Source: Synechococcaceae cyanobacterium
GTDB taxonomy: Bacteria; Cyanobacteriota; Cyanobacteriia; PCC-6307; Cyanobiaceae
Assembly (NCBI GenBank): GCA_947460085.1
Contig: CANHGA010000001.1
Coordinates: 1 to 43,377, forward strand
Direction: 5' to 3'
DNA length: 43,377 bases
The translations under genes and the position numbers were made by a program. Shown piece by piece: positions 17,311 through 28,169 of this stretch; positions within the stretch are counted from its first letter, which is position 1, and every line of letters starts with the position of its first letter. A model generated the notes under the pieces. That model did no database searches. It had not been told where the DNA came from and was given only the letters and a program-made list of their open reading frames with translations.

Positions 17311-18276
17311 ATGACGCGTTCTGCTGTCAACCCCCCCGGCCAATTGCTGGTAATTGGAGGCGGCTACACAGGCCAACGCTTTGCCCAGGCCGCCCAGGCC
17401 CGCTTCGGCATGCCCGTGCTGCTCACCAGCCGCCAGGCCAAGGCGGCCCCTGGCCCAGGCCAACCAGGGTTCCATTGGTTGGTCTTCAACCCAGACAGCT
17501 CTGCAGACCCAAGCGCTGTTACCCCAAGCCCCGCGGCCCTAAGCGCTGCAGACCTGGCCGGCACCACCCATGTGCTGGTGACCCTGCCCCCGGAGCGCAG
17601 CGGCCGCGATCCCGCCCTGGAGCACCTGGGCCCGATCTTGCACCAGCTGCCCTTGCAATGGCTGGGCTATCTCTCCACCACCGGGGTCTATGGCGATTGC
17701 GGCGGAGCTTGGGTGGACGAAACCGCCCCATGCCAGACCACCCTGGGTCGCAGCCAAGCCCGCCGCATCGCCGAACAGGCCTGGCAGGCCAGCGGCTTAC
17801 CGGTGCAGATTTTTAGGCTGCCCGCGATTTACGGCCCCCACCGCTCGCCGTTCAAGGCCTTGGGGGCTGGGGAGAGCCGGCTCATCCACAAGCAGGGCCA
17901 AGTGTTCTCGCGGGTCCATGTGGACGACATTGTTGGCGCCCTGCTCCATTGCCTGGAGCAACCGGCTGACGGCAGGCCGCCCGTGGTGAATGTGGTGGAC
18001 AACTGCCCCTGCCCCTCGAGTGAAACCCTGGGGTTTGCGGCCCATCTCTTGGGCTGCAAACTGCCGCCAGCGGAACGCTTTGACGCCATTGCAGGCAGCA
18101 TGAGCCCGATGGCCCTGAGTTTCTGGGGCGACAACCGCAGGGCCAGCAACGGCTTGTTGTGTGAAGGGCTGGGTTATCAGCTGCGGTATCCGAGCTACCG
18201 GGAGGGCTACCGGGCCTGCCTGGCGGACGAGCGCTCGGGCCCACAATCTGGTGGGCCGGCAGGATCGGCTACGTAG
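17311..18276 (+). CDS. atypical SDR / NAD-dependent epimerase-dehydratase
   Basis: LVIGGGYTG, YLSTTGVYGD, FRLPAIYGP, FSRVHVDDI, LRYPSYREG. Confidence 0.9.
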   Translation: MTRSAVNPPGQLLVIGGGYTGQRFAQAAQARFGMPVLLTSRQAKAAPGPGQPGFHWLVFNPDSSADPSAVTPSPAALSAADLAGTTHVLVTLPPERSGRDPALEHLGPILHQLPLQWLGYLSTTGVYGDCGGAWVDETAPCQTTLGRSQARRIAEQAWQASGLPVQIFRLPAIYGPHRSPFKALGAGESRLIHKQGQVFSRVHVDDIVGALLHCLEQPADGRPPVVNVVDNCPCPSSETLGFAAHLLGCKLPPAERFDAIAGSMSPMALSFWGDNRRASNGLLCEGLGYQLRYPSYREGYRACLADERSGPQSGGPAGSAT

Positions 18277-18386
18277 GGCACGCCCAGGGCTTGGAGCATG
18301 CGGCCCCAACGCAGCTCAATCCATCCCTGGCGCAAACCCGTGCCCAGGCCAAACAACAGGATTCCGATCAACAACCAGCGCAGCAT
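18207..18386 (-). CDS. small membrane protein (59 aa)
   Basis: MLRWLLIGILLFGLGTGLRQGWIELRWGRMLQALG; TM/amphipathic, fills the SDR-pdxA gap. Confidence 0.6.
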   Translation of the reverse strand: MLRWLLIGILLFGLGTGLRQGWIELRWGRMLQALGVPYVADPAGPPDCGPERSSARQAR

Positions 18387-19410
18387 GGGTACCCCGAACC
18401 TGGGCCAGGCCCCATCCAACCCCAACCCCAAGCGGTTGGCCATTGCCCTCGGCGATCCTGCCGGCATCGGGGCTGAAGTCACCTTGAAGGCCATCGCCCA
18501 AGGCCAATGGGGCGATTCACCCCCCCTACTCGTGGGTTGCCGGCGCTGGCTGGAAGCCAGTTACCAGGGCCTCAAGGGACGCAGCGCCACGGCACTCAGC
18601 GACCCAGCTGGGCTGGAGATGGTCGATCAGCCCCTCAGCGAAGCGGTGCGGCCTGGCCAAAGCAACGCCGCCGGTGGCGATGCCAGCTTCCAATGGCTCA
18701 CTGCCGCCGTGGAACTGGTGCAGGCGGGGCGCTGCCACAGCCTGGTGACAGCGCCCATTGCCAAATCCAACTGGCACGCCGCCAACCACCGCTACCCCGG
18801 CCAAACCGAACGCCTGGCGGAGCTCACGGGCAGCCCCAACGCCTCGATGCTGTTCACCGCCAAGACCCCCCACGGCAGCTGGCGCCTGAACACCCTGCTC
18901 GCCACCAGCCATATCCCGCTGTCCGCCGTGCCCCAGGCCCTCAACCAGGCGCTGGTTGCCCGCAAACTCGATGCCCTGGTGGACTTTTGCCGGCGCTTTT
19001 CTGCCGCACCCCATCTGGTGGTGGCGGGCCTAAATCCCCATGCCGGGGAGAACGGCCAATTGGGGATCGAGGAAAGACTGTGGCTCGAAGCGGCCCTCAG
19101 GGATTGGCAGGAGCTCCATCCCGACGTGCGGCTAGAAGGTCCGCTGCCTCCCGATACCTGCTGGCTCAGCGCCGCCCAGGCCTGGCAGGGCAAGGCCTCC
19201 GGACCCGACGGCTATCTGGCCCTGTATCACGACCAGGGACTCATCCCCGTGAAGCTGCTGGCGTTTGATGCGGCCGTGAACACCACCTTGGGACTGCCCT
19301 TTCTGCGCACCTCACCGGACCATGGCACGGGCTTTGGCATTGCCGGGCAAGGGATCGCCCGGCCCGACAGCATGGCCGCCGCCATGGCGGCGGCGCTAGA
19401 GCTGGGCTAA
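18385..19410 (+). CDS. pdxA: 4-hydroxythreonine-4-phosphate dehydrogenase
   Basis: LGDPAGIGAEV, VTAPIAK, GLNPHAGE, YHDQGLIPVK, RTSPDHGTGF. Confidence 0.96.
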   Translation: MGTPNLGQAPSNPNPKRLAIALGDPAGIGAEVTLKAIAQGQWGDSPPLLVGCRRWLEASYQGLKGRSATALSDPAGLEMVDQPLSEAVRPGQSNAAGGDASFQWLTAAVELVQAGRCHSLVTAPIAKSNWHAANHRYPGQTERLAELTGSPNASMLFTAKTPHGSWRLNTLLATSHIPLSAVPQALNQALVARKLDALVDFCRRFSAAPHLVVAGLNPHAGENGQLGIEERLWLEAALRDWQELHPDVRLEGPLPPDTCWLSAAQAWQGKASGPDGYLALYHDQGLIPVKLLAFDAAVNTTLGLPFLRTSPDHGTGFGIAGQGIARPDSMAAAMAAALELG

Positions 19411-19430
19411 GGCCAGACCGGAGAGGGGCC

Positions 19431-19919
19431 TTAGCCGGCCTTCACCCGCATCAGTACCTGGCCAAACTCCACGGGGGTGCCGTTTTCCACCAGGATTTCG
19501 ACCACCTCGCCACCCACCTCGGCCTCGAGCTCGTTCATGAGCTTCATGGCTTCCAGGATGCAGATGGGTTGGCCCACGTTGATGCGACCTCCCACGTCCA
19601 CAAAGGGGGCTTCGCCAGGGGCTGAGGAGCGGTAGAAGGTGGCCACCATCGGTGCCGTGATGTCCACCAGATCGCTGCGCCTCGCAGCGGCTGCCGGGGG
19701 CGGCGCCGATGGGGCTGCGGGGATCGATGGCAGGGCCATGGCGGGCGGCGTGGCCCCAACCCCAGCTGCCGGGGCTTGCAGCACGGCCACCGGGGCCGCA
19801 CCGGGCAGGTTGCGACGCACCTCCAGGCGGAAGTCATCACCCTCGAGCTTGAGCTCTTGGATGTCGCTCTCGCCGATCAGGTCGAGAAGCTTGTGGAGCT
19901 GGTCGTGGTTGAGCTGCAT
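19431..19919 (-). CDS. accB: acetyl-CoA carboxylase biotin carboxyl carrier protein
   Basis: Pro/Ala linker and biotinylation motif ILEAMKLMNE. Confidence 0.97.
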   Translation of the reverse strand: MQLNHDQLHKLLDLIGESDIQELKLEGDDFRLEVRRNLPGAAPVAVLQAPAAGVGATPPAMALPSIPAAPSAPPPAAAARRSDLVDITAPMVATFYRSSAPGEAPFVDVGGRINVGQPICILEAMKLMNELEAEVGGEVVEILVENGTPVEFGQVLMRVKAG

Positions 19920-19925
19920 AACCAA

Positions 19926-20486
19926 TCAGTTCTCCCGACCCAAGTAACTATCGGTGCGGGTATCGATCTTGATCTTCTCGCCAATGGAGAGGAACAGGGG
20001 AACCATCACCTGGGCACCAGTCTCGACGATGGCTGGCTTGGTACCGCCGGTCGCGGTGTCACCCTTCACTCCGGGGTCGGTTTGGGTGATTTCCAGAACC
20101 ACCGAGTTGGGGAGTTCCACTTCGAGGGGTTTGCCATTCCAGGCCACCACGCTCACCTCCATGCCCTCCTTGAGGTACTTGCGGCTATCCCCGATCTGCT
20201 TGGCCGTGAGGCGGGTTTCCTCGTAGGTGCCCATATCCATGAACACGTAGTCGTCGGCTTCCATGTAGGTGTGCTGCAGGGTGCTTTTCTCAAGCACGGC
20301 CTGGGGGAGCATCTCCCCGGCACGAAACGTCTTTTCCACGACGTTGCCGCTCTGGACTGCCTTCAGCTTGGTGCGCACAAAAGCGGAGCCCTTGCCGGGC
20401 TTCACGTGCAGAAATTCCACAACCCGCCAGACATTGCCATCCAGCTCAATCGAGGTACCGGTTCGAAAGTCGTTGCTGGAGATCAT
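19926..20486 (-). CDS. efp: elongation factor P
   Basis: [32 protein letters not shown]. Confidence 0.98.
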   Translation of the reverse strand: MISSNDFRTGTSIELDGNVWRVVEFLHVKPGKGSAFVRTKLKAVQSGNVVEKTFRAGEMLPQAVLEKSTLQHTYMEADDYVFMDMGTYEETRLTAKQIGDSRKYLKEGMEVSVVAWNGKPLEVELPNSVVLEITQTDPGVKGDTATGGTKPAIVETGAQVMVPLFLSIGEKIKIDTRTDSYLGREN

Positions 20487-20599
20487 TCCGGCGGTTCGGA
20501 TCTGGCGGATTGTACGGCTGGCTACCTGAAGCCCCCCCAACAGCACCAGCCCAAGGGCCGTTTGGTTGTGCCAAAGTCCGCCCAGTGACTCAAAAGGGC

Positions 20600-21673
20600 A
20601 TGGCAAAAGGCCAAAGCTGGTGGGCTGGTGCCGTAGCCCTCGTACTCACCTTTCTGCTGGCTGGGCCCCCGGCCTGGGCCTTCCTTCCCCAGGGCAATGC
20701 GGTGACCGACCCCTCGGCCCTGCTGCGCAATGCCCTGCCCATCGAGGCCCCCGACCTGCAGGAACTCCAGCATCGGCTGGAAGGCACCAGCGACGACCTG
20801 CGGGCCAAACGGTGGCCCGCCTTGGTCAACGGGGTCCGGCGCAGCCAATCCCTGCTGACGAGCCGCCAAGCGTCGATTCTTGAGGGCTTCAGCCCCGACA
20901 GCCGCGACACCGCCGCGGCCCTATTCGACGATCTGGCCGGGCAGCTACAAATCCTGATCACGGCCGCAGAAGCCCAAGATCGCGAGGGGTTCCTCGCCTC
21001 CCGCCGCGAAGCCCTCAACGACATCGGCAGGGCGGAAGACCTGCTGGTGGGTCCCTTCCCGTTTGAGATCCCCAGCGAGTACGCCGCCCTACCCAGGCTG
21101 CTTGGCCGGGCCACGGTGCAACTCACCACCACCAAGGGTGATCTCACCGCAGTGGTGGATGGCTACAACGCCCCCCTGACGGCGGGTGCCTTTGTGGATC
21201 TGGTCGAGCGCGGCTTCTACAACGGCCTGCCCTTCATTCGGGCCGAAGACTTCTACGTGCTCCAAACCGGCGACCCGGAGGGGCCTGAAGAGGGCTTCAT
21301 CGACCCCAAGACCAAAACACAACGCCAGGTGCCCCTTGAGATCAAGGTGCCCGGCCAAGGGGCGCCCTTTTACAACCAGACCTTTGAGGATCTCGGGATG
21401 TTCAAGGCAGCTCCCGAATTGCCCTTCTCCACCAAGGGCACCCTGGGCTGGGCCCACTCCGATGAGGTGCTCGATGACGGCTCCTCCCAGTTCTTCCTGT
21501 TCCTGTTTGAGCCCGAGCTCACCCCGGCGGGCCTAAACCTGATTGATGGCCGCTATGCGGCCTTCGGCTACGTGGTGGATGGCTTCGATGTGCTCGAAGA
21601 GCTCACGGCCGATGACGGCATCGTGAAGGCCAAGGTGATCGAAGGGGCGAGCAACCTCCAGCCCCACGGCTGA
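20600..21673 (+). CDS. cyclophilin-type peptidyl-prolyl isomerase, CYP38/TLP40-like
   Basis: Signal peptide (AWA), [19 protein letters not shown] helical domain, [39 protein letters not shown]. Confidence 0.9.
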   Translation: MAKGQSWWAGAVALVLTFLLAGPPAWAFLPQGNAVTDPSALLRNALPIEAPDLQELQHRLEGTSDDLRAKRWPALVNGVRRSQSLLTSRQASILEGFSPDSRDTAAALFDDLAGQLQILITAAEAQDREGFLASRREALNDIGRAEDLLVGPFPFEIPSEYAALPRLLGRATVQLTTTKGDLTAVVDGYNAPLTAGAFVDLVERGFYNGLPFIRAEDFYVLQTGDPEGPEEGFIDPKTKTQRQVPLEIKVPGQGAPFYNQTFEDLGMFKAAPELPFSTKGTLGWAHSDEVLDDGSSQFFLFLFEPELTPAGLNLIDGRYAAFGYVVDGFDVLEELTADDGIVKAKVIEGASNLQPHG

Positions 21674-21681
21674 TCAGGCAC

Positions 21682-21712
21682 AAAAAAACCGCCCTTGTTT
21701 GGGGGCGGTTTT
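21682..21712. terminator. bidirectional intrinsic terminator between cyclophilin and gap2
   Basis: AAAAAAACCGCCC-ttgtttgg-GGGCGGTTTT between convergent stop codons. Confidence 0.85.
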
Positions 21713-21741
21713 AAGGCGAAAGGGCCAAAGCCCTGCAGCAC

Positions 21742-22764
21742 CTACTTGTAGTTCTTGGCCACAATTTCAGCCAGGTCAACAACGCGCTGGCTGTAGCCCC
21801 ACTCGTTGTCGTACCAGGCGATCACCTTGACCATGTTGTCGCCCATCACCAGGGTGAGATCGGCATCGACAATGGTGGACTCGTTCGTGCCGGCGTGATC
21901 GCTGGACACCAGGGGCAGATCGCAGTACTTGATGATGCCCTTCATGGCCCCCTCAGAGGCCTCCTTGAGGATGGCATTCACTTCCTCGCGGGTGGTGCCG
22001 CGGCTCACTTCCAGCACCATGTCCACCACCGACACGTTGGGGGTCGGAACGCGCATGGCGATGCCGTTCAACTTGCCCTTCATCGGGGGGTAAACCAGGG
22101 CAACGGCCTGGGCCGCGCCGGTGGAGGTGGGAACGATGTTGACGGCGGCCGCCCGGGCCCGACGCAGGTCGCGGTGGCTGGCGTCGAGAATCCGCTGGTC
22201 ACCCGTGTAGCTGTGGGTGGTGGTCATCGTGCCTTTGACGATGCCAAAGGTTTGGTCCAACACCTTGATGATCGGCGCCATGCAGTTGGTGGTGCAGCTG
22301 GCGTTGCTGAGGATGTTGAAATCTTCGTTGCGGTATTGGTCGGCGTTGACGCCAACCACGAAGGTGCCCACACCGGGGCCCTTACCAGGGGCCGTGAGGA
22401 TCACCTTCTTCGCCCCTGCTTCGAGGTGCTTGCTGGCGCCCACGTCATCGTTGAAGACACCGGTGGACTCGATCACCAAATCAACGCCCCATTCCTTCCA
22501 GGGCAGGTTGAGGGGGTTGCGGTCGGAGAAGCACTTGATCTCCCTGCCATTCACAACGATCGTGTTGTCCGTGTAGCTGACTTCGGCGTCGCGAATGCGG
22601 CCGAGCATCGAGTCGTACTGGAGCAGGTGGGAATTGGTGCGGGGATCGGAGGTGTCATTGAGACCCACCACCTCGATACCCGTATTGGCACCTCGGCTCA
22701 ACCAGCAACGCATGAAGTTGCGACCAATTCGGCCGAATCCATTAATCGCAACGCGCATGGTCAT
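21742..22764 (-). CDS. gap2: NAD(P)-dependent glyceraldehyde-3-phosphate dehydrogenase
   Basis: [13 protein letters not shown], catalytic [32 protein letters not shown]. Confidence 0.95.
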   Translation of the reverse strand: MTMRVAINGFGRIGRNFMRCWLSRGANTGIEVVGLNDTSDPRTNSHLLQYDSMLGRIRDAEVSYTDNTIVVNGREIKCFSDRNPLNLPWKEWGVDLVIESTGVFNDDVGASKHLEAGAKKVILTAPGKGPGVGTFVVGVNADQYRNEDFNILSNASCTTNCMAPIIKVLDQTFGIVKGTMTTTHSYTGDQRILDASHRDLRRARAAAVNIVPTSTGAAQAVALVYPPMKGKLNGIAMRVPTPNVSVVDMVLEVSRGTTREEVNAILKEASEGAMKGIIKYCDLPLVSSDHAGTNESTIVDADLTLVMGDNMVKVIAWYDNEWGYSQRVVDLAEIVAKNYK

Positions 22765-22810
22765 GGCAAAGCGCGGCGAAAGCCGCTAGCAAGGGGGGAT
22801 TTGGCTGCAG

Positions 22811-22818
22811 ATCATACA
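22811..22818 (-). promoter_or_regulatory. possible -10 element for gap2
   Basis: Minus strand reads tgTATGAT about 47 bp upstream of the ATG; no clear -35. Confidence 0.35.
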
Positions 22819-22943
22819 GAAACTGATTTGGCGAACCCTCTTGCGGCACGGGGCTTCAAGCCGGACCATGCCGGAACGCGCAGCATCTCGTAAAGGTGCC
22901 CTGGGCGTTGCCGGCCTAATTTGAGCGCGGCCCAATCCCTGGC

Positions 22944-24401
22944 TTGGAGTTGCCCTTGGCCCCGTTGCTTGATCGCCATCAACCCATCCACTTCATCGGG
23001 GTTGGAGGCATCGGCATGTCTGCCATCGCAGGAATTCTTGCCCAGCGGGGCTTTGTGGTGAGCGGATCCGACACCCGCGACAACACCGTGCTGGACCAAC
23101 TCCGTCGCCAGGGCGTGCGGGTCTTCCGCCAGCAAAGCTCCTCCACGGTGGCCGCCATTCGCAGCGGCACCGATCGGGCACCCCTGGTGGTCATCAGCTC
23201 GGCGGTACCCCCCTCGAACCCGGAATTGCTGGAAGCCCAACGGGTGGGCCTCAGCATTTGCCACCGCTCCGACGTGTTGGCGGCCCTGATCAATGCCCAG
23301 CCCTCGATTGCCGTGGCTGGCAGCCATGGCAAAACCACCACCAGCACCCTGATTGCCACCCTGCTGGAAGCCACCAACCACGACCCCACCGCCGTGATCG
23401 GCGGCATCGTGCCTGCCTTTGGCAGCAACGGTCGCCAGGGCGAAGGTCGGCTGCTGGTGGCAGAAGCCGATGAATCCGATGGCTCCCTGGTGAAATTTCA
23501 GGCCCAGCTCGGGGTGCTCACCAACGTGGAGCTCGACCACACCGACCACTACCCCAACCTCGAGGCCCTGATCAGCACCCTGCAGCGTTTCAGCGGTCGA
23601 TCCAAATCCCTCTTGGCCAACTGGGATTGCCCGGTTCTCAAGCACCATTTCAAAGCCAAGTACTGGTGGTCCAACCAGAGCCCCAAGGGCGTGGCCTTTG
23701 CGGCGATTGCCACCCAAGAACGGGGTGATGGCACCTGGGCGGATTTCTACGAGCAGGGCCAGAAGGTGGGTTCGTTTGAGCTGCCCCTCCCCGGCCGCCA
23801 CAACCTCAGCAATGCCACAGCCGCCATGGCGGCCTGTCGCATCGAAGGCGTGTCCTTTGCCGAATTGCGCCAGGCCGTGGCAGCCCTCAAACCCCCTGGG
23901 CGGCGGTTCGATTTCCGGGGCGATTGGCAGGGCCGTCTGGTGGTCGACGACTACGCCCACCACCCCAGCGAGGTGGCCGCCACCCTGGCCATGGCCCAGC
24001 TGATGCTCACCAGTGGCCGCAGCCCCCTGCCGGTCAATCCCAAGCGGCTGGTGGCGGTCTTCCAACCCCATCGCTACACCCGCACGGCCCAATTCCTCGA
24101 TGGCTTTGCCCAGGCCCTCAGCCAGGCCGACCTGGTGCTGATCGCACCCCTCTATGCCGCAGGGGAAGCACCCATCCCGGGGGTGAGTAGTGCGGCTCTG
24201 GCAAAGGCCGTGCAAGACCTGGCACCCCTGAGTCGGGTGGAGGTAGCCACCAGCCTCGATGAACTGGCCAGGCAGGTGGCAGACGCTTCGATTGAGGGGG
24301 ATTTGGTGCTGGCCATGGGGGCTGGCGATGTGAACAGCCTCTGGGAGCGGCTCAATCGGCTTCCCGTCTTCGGGGATGCCTGCTTACCCCTGGCGGCCTA
24401 A
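22944..24401 (+). CDS. murC: UDP-N-acetylmuramate--L-alanine ligase
   Basis: [48 protein letters not shown]. Confidence 0.97.
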   Translation: MELPLAPLLDRHQPIHFIGVGGIGMSAIAGILAQRGFVVSGSDTRDNTVLDQLRRQGVRVFRQQSSSTVAAIRSGTDRAPLVVISSAVPPSNPELLEAQRVGLSICHRSDVLAALINAQPSIAVAGSHGKTTTSTLIATLLEATNHDPTAVIGGIVPAFGSNGRQGEGRLLVAEADESDGSLVKFQAQLGVLTNVELDHTDHYPNLEALISTLQRFSGRSKSLLANWDCPVLKHHFKAKYWWSNQSPKGVAFAAIATQERGDGTWADFYEQGQKVGSFELPLPGRHNLSNATAAMAACRIEGVSFAELRQAVAALKPPGRRFDFRGDWQGRLVVDDYAHHPSEVAATLAMAQLMLTSGRSPLPVNPKRLVAVFQPHRYTRTAQFLDGFAQALSQADLVLIAPLYAAGEAPIPGVSSAALAKAVQDLAPLSRVEVATSLDELARQVADASIEGDLVLAMGAGDVNSLWERLNRLPVFGDACLPLAA

Positions 24402-24406
24402 GGGCC

Positions 24407-25321
24407 GTGGAGGCCTCCCCTAGCCACCACCCCAGCCTGCGCCAGGGCGTTGGCCTGGATGCGTTCACCACCTGGAAGGTGGGCGGGATCGCGGAGTGGT
24501 TCGCCGAGCCGGCCCATCAAGACGACATCAGGGCCCTGGTGGGCTGGAGTGGGCACCAGGGCCTCCCCCTTCACTGCATTGGGGCGGGCTCCAATCTCCT
24601 CATTGCCGATGGGGGCCTCGACGGCCTCACCCTCTGCAACCGGCGCCTCCAGGGCAGCTGCCTGGATGCCAGCGGCGGCTGGATTGAAGCCGAGGCGGGC
24701 GAGCCGATCCCCACGTTGGCCAGAAAAGCGGCCCGCGCAGGGCTGGTCGGGCTGGAATGGGCCGTAGGCATCCCAGGCACCGTGGGGGGCGCTGTGGTGA
24801 TGAATGCCGGGGCCCAGGGGGGCTGCATCGCCGAATGGCTGCATTCGGTGCAACTGCTCGACCCCAAACAACCCGATCAAACCCTGACGTGGAGCGCCAG
24901 CGACCTGGCCTTTGGCTACCGGCAAAGCCGACTGCAGCAGGAGCCCCTGATCGTGCTGTCGGCTCGGTTTCGCCTGGATCACGGCCATGATCCCGCCGCT
25001 GTCACAGCGCGCACCAGCGCCAACCTGCACAGTCGCACCAGCACCCAGCCCTATCAACAACCCAGCTGTGGCAGTGTGTTTCGCAATCCCGAACCCCAAA
25101 AAGCCGGCCAGCTGATCGAAGCCCTCGGGCTCAAAGGCCTGCAAATCGGCGGCGCCCAGGTTTCCCCCATCCATGCCAATTTCATTGTCAACACAGGCGG
25201 GGCCAGCGCCGCCGACATCGCCGCCCTGATCGCAGAGGTGCAGCAGCGCGTCGAAGCCGCCCATGGCATCACCCTCCATCCAGAAGTGAAGCGCCTGGGC
25301 GGGGACCATCCCCGGAGCTAA
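24407..25321 (+). CDS. murB: UDP-N-acetylenolpyruvoylglucosamine reductase
   Basis: [47 protein letters not shown]. Confidence 0.97.
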   Translation: MEASPSHHPSLRQGVGLDAFTTWKVGGIAEWFAEPAHQDDIRALVGWSGHQGLPLHCIGAGSNLLIADGGLDGLTLCNRRLQGSCLDASGGWIEAEAGEPIPTLARKAARAGLVGLEWAVGIPGTVGGAVVMNAGAQGGCIAEWLHSVQLLDPKQPDQTLTWSASDLAFGYRQSRLQQEPLIVLSARFRLDHGHDPAAVTARTSANLHSRTSTQPYQQPSCGSVFRNPEPQKAGQLIEALGLKGLQIGGAQVSPIHANFIVNTGGASAADIAALIAEVQQRVEAAHGITLHPEVKRLGGDHPRS

Positions 25322-25375
25322 CCCACCCCTGATTGCGCGCCGACCCTTAGCCTGCAACCAGCAAGACCCCCCGGC

Positions 25376-25717
25376 ATGGCTGGCTTCGGACTCCCCAACT
25401 TTGGTCAGCTCACCGAAGCCTTCAAAAAGGCCCAAGAGCTGCAGCAAAACGCCCAAAAGCTGCAGGAAGAACTTGATGCCATGGAGCTGGAGGCCAGCAG
25501 CAGCGACGGCAGGGCCACGGTCTGGCTATCGGGCAACCAACAGCCGCTCAAGGTGCGTCTAGCGCCCGAGCTCCTGGCCGAAGGGCAGGAGGCCAGTGAA
25601 CTGGCGGTTCTCGAGGCCCTGAAGGCGGCCTATGAACTCTCGACCGGCACCATGAAAGGCCGGATGGAAGAGCTCACCGGCGGCCTCAACCTCAACCTGC
25701 CCGGGTTCGGCGGCTAA
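25376..25717 (+). CDS. YbaB/EbfC family nucleoid-associated protein
   Basis: [22 protein letters not shown]...LSGNQQP...[10 protein letters not shown]. Confidence 0.9.
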   Translation: MAGFGLPNFGQLTEAFKKAQELQQNAQKLQEELDAMELEASSSDGRATVWLSGNQQPLKVRLAPELLAEGQEASELAVLEALKAAYELSTGTMKGRMEELTGGLNLNLPGFGG

Positions 25718-25739
25718 CTGCCCCGCCTAGCTGGCTCGC

Positions 25740-26768
25740 CTAACTGTCCTCGGACATCTCCTCCTGGCGCTGGCGCTTGCGGGAGTCTTGGCGCAGGGAA
25801 GGATCAAGCCGCGGCTCAAGCCGGCCACCCCGTTGGCGCAGGCCCGGCAATTCCGGGCGACCTGGGGAGCGTGACTGCCGTTCGGCTTCTGCGATCACAT
25901 CAGCCAGGCACTGGCTGTAGAGCCCATAGCGATCCCAGGCCGTGCCCGCAGCGCAGCCCGGGTCGCCCTGGTGCAGGCAATTGCTAAAGCGACAGCTGCC
26001 CTGGGTCAAACACTCTCGGAGCTCCGGGAAGAGGGCCGATAACTCGGCGGGATCTGCGGGCAGTTGGGGTCGATTGAAGCCGGGGGTATCGGCCACCAGG
26101 GCCCCGGGCGCCATGGCAAACAGCTCCACGTGCCGGGTGGTGTGGCGCCCCCGCTGCAGTCGGCCTGAGACCGCCCCAACCCGCAGGGTCAACTCCGGAC
26201 GCAGGCCATTGAGCAAGCTGCTTTTGCCGACCCCGGAGGGGCCACACAGCACCGCAATCCCCGGTTCTGCCAAGCGCTCGCTCAGGGCGCCGAGGCCCAC
26301 CCCACTCTGGGAAGAGATCACCAGGGCTGGATAGCCCCAGGCGGCGGCGCGGGTTCGCCAGGCTTCCACCTCTTCTACCGGCAGGCAATCCGCCTTGGAG
26401 AACACCAACAGCACCGGTTGACCGGTGCTCTCAGCCGTGATCAAAAACCGGGTGAGCTGCAGCGGATCGAGGGTTGGCTCGGCCAACGCCACCACCACCA
26501 CCACCAGGCTCACGTTGGCCACGGCCGGGCGGTTCAGCAGGCTCAGGCGCGGCTCCAGGACCGCCACGGCCCCCCGGGCCTGGGCCCAGTCGACCCCATC
26601 CACCCGCACCCGATCGCCCACGCAAATGGTCTGGCCACTTTTGCCCAGGCGGGTTCGCCGGGTGCACAACAGACGCTCCACCCCGCCGGGGCCAGCTTGA
26701 TCCAAGGCCACCCAACAAAAATTGGCCACCATGGCGACCACCAAGCCCGGTAGGGCCTCAACCGCCAT
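25740..26768 (-). CDS. rsgA: ribosome small subunit-dependent GTPase A (ATG 26768 or 26798)
   Basis: Circularly permuted GTPase motifs SKAD, GPSGVGKSS, GRHTT, DTPG and zinc finger CRFSNCLHQGDPGC. Confidence 0.95.
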   Translation of the reverse strand: MAVEALPGLVVAMVANFCWVALDQAGPGGVERLLCTRRTRLGKSGQTICVGDRVRVDGVDWAQARGAVAVLEPRLSLLNRPAVANVSLVVVVVALAEPTLDPLQLTRFLITAESTGQPVLLVFSKADCLPVEEVEAWRTRAAAWGYPALVISSQSGVGLGALSERLAEPGIAVLCGPSGVGKSSLLNGLRPELTLRVGAVSGRLQRGRHTTRHVELFAMAPGALVADTPGFNRPQLPADPAELSALFPELRECLTQGSCRFSNCLHQGDPGCAAGTAWDRYGLYSQCLADVIAEAERQSRSPGRPELPGLRQRGGRLEPRLDPSLRQDSRKRQRQEEMSEDS

Positions 26769-27045
26769 GGCCGGTGATTGCTTGACCCGTGATTGCATCG
26801 CCTGGGGTCCCCAGGCGCGTAATCCCAAGCCGGACCGCATCAACACAGCCGGGATGGGGACCCACGCTGACGCGATGGCCCTCACCCCGCAGCCCCTCCA
26901 CCACCATCTGCTCCGGTTCACCCCGATCCAAATCCACCACCAACTCCGCTCCGAGGGGAATCTTCTCGAGGGCCAGGCGGGTGCGAATGAAGTTGAGCGG
27001 GCACGGGGTGCCCCGCAAATCCAGATCCGCCTGGGGATCCGCCAC
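26758..27045 (-). CDS. TusA/SirA-family sulfurtransferase
   Basis: LDLRGTPCPLNF motif. Confidence 0.9.
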   Translation of the reverse strand: MADPQADLDLRGTPCPLNFIRTRLALEKIPLGAELVVDLDRGEPEQMVVEGLRGEGHRVSVGPHPGCVDAVRLGITRLGTPGDAITGQAITGHGG

Positions 27046-27047
27046 CC

Positions 27048-28169
27048 CTAACCGAACAGCCCGCCAAACAGGCCGCTCTTGTGGGGGTGCTTCTGGCCTT
27101 TGGTGGTGTGGTGGGAAGCCAACTGCTGCAGAAGCTCCTTTTCTTCTGCATTGAGCTTGGTGGGCAACTGCACTTTCACACTGAACAGATGGTTGCCCCG
27201 GGCCACAGGATTGCCAAGCTTTGGCACCCCCTTGCCGGTGAGGGTCAGCACCGTGCCCGGTTGGGTTCCCGGGGGGATCTTGAGCTGCTCGAGCCCATCC
27301 ACCGTTTCGACCTCAATGGTGTCGCCGAGAATCGCCTGGAGATAGTTCAGGTTGATTTCTGAAGCGATATTGATCCCTTCTCGCCTGAGTTGGCCGTGGG
27401 ATTGAACACTGAGGAACACATACAGATCCCCCGACGGACCACCCCTTTGGCCCGCATTGCCCTCGTTGGCCACCCGTAGCCGGGTGCCGGTGTCGACACC
27501 GGCGGGAATATTGATCCGAAGCTTTTTACGCACCTGCTGTAAACCCTGGCCACCACAGGCATTACAGGGGTCAGCAATCACTTGACCTGAGCCCTCACAG
27601 CTAGGGCATGGCGCCACCTGGGTGAAGCTGCCAAAGGGGGTGCGGGTGGCCCGGCGCACCTGACCCTGCCCACTGCAGGTGCTGCAGGTGGTGGGTCCAC
27701 TGCCGGCCTTGGCCCCCGATCCCTTGCAGGTGGTGCAGGTTTCCAGATGGCGGATCTGCACCTCCTTTTCGATGCCGAAAACGGCCTCCTGGAAGCTGAT
27801 CGTTAAATCGAGCCGCAGGTCATCTCCCTGGCGCGGCCCCCGCCGCCGCTGCCCGCCACCGCCCTGCTGGGCCCCACCAAAGCCGCTGAAAAAGGTTTCA
27901 AACAGGTCAGCAAAGCCGCCCATGTCGCCCATGTCGGGCATGCCCCCTCCGCCGCCGAGACCCGCCTCGCCGAACTGGTCGTAGCGGGACCTGGTTTGGG
28001 GATCGCTGAGCACCTCGTAGGCCTGGCCGATCTCCTTGAACTTGTCTTCGGCGCCCGGATCCTTGTTGACATCAGGGTGGTACTGGCGCGCCAGCCGCCG
28101 ATAGGAGCGCTTCAGGGTTTCGGGATCAGCATCACGGCTGACCCCAAGCAGGTCGTAGTAATCGGCCAT
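27048..28169 (-). CDS. dnaJ: chaperone DnaJ (class A)
   Basis: J-domain HPD, G/F-rich region, four CxxCxGxG repeats. Confidence 0.98.
   Translation of the reverse strand: MADYYDLLGVSRDADPETLKRSYRRLARQYHPDVNKDPGAEDKFKEIGQAYEVLSDPQTRSRYDQFGEAGLGGGGGMPDMGDMGGFADLFETFFSGFGGAQQGGGGQRRRGPRQGDDLRLDLTISFQEAVFGIEKEVQIRHLETCTTCKGSGAKAGSGPTTCSTCSGQGQVRRATRTPFGSFTQVAPCPSCEGSGQVIADPCNACGGQGLQQVRKKLRINIPAGVDTGTRLRVANEGNAGQRGGPSGDLYVFLSVQSHGQLRREGINIASEINLNYLQAILGDTIEVETVDGLEQLKIPPGTQPGTVLTLTGKGVPKLGNPVARGNHLFSVKVQLPTKLNAEEKELLQQLASHHTTKGQKHPHKSGLFGGLFG

Noticed and set aside
20380-20410. EF-P PGKG loop implying a special modification system
   Set aside because: Standard cyanobacterial sequence, and no modification enzyme is encoded nearby.
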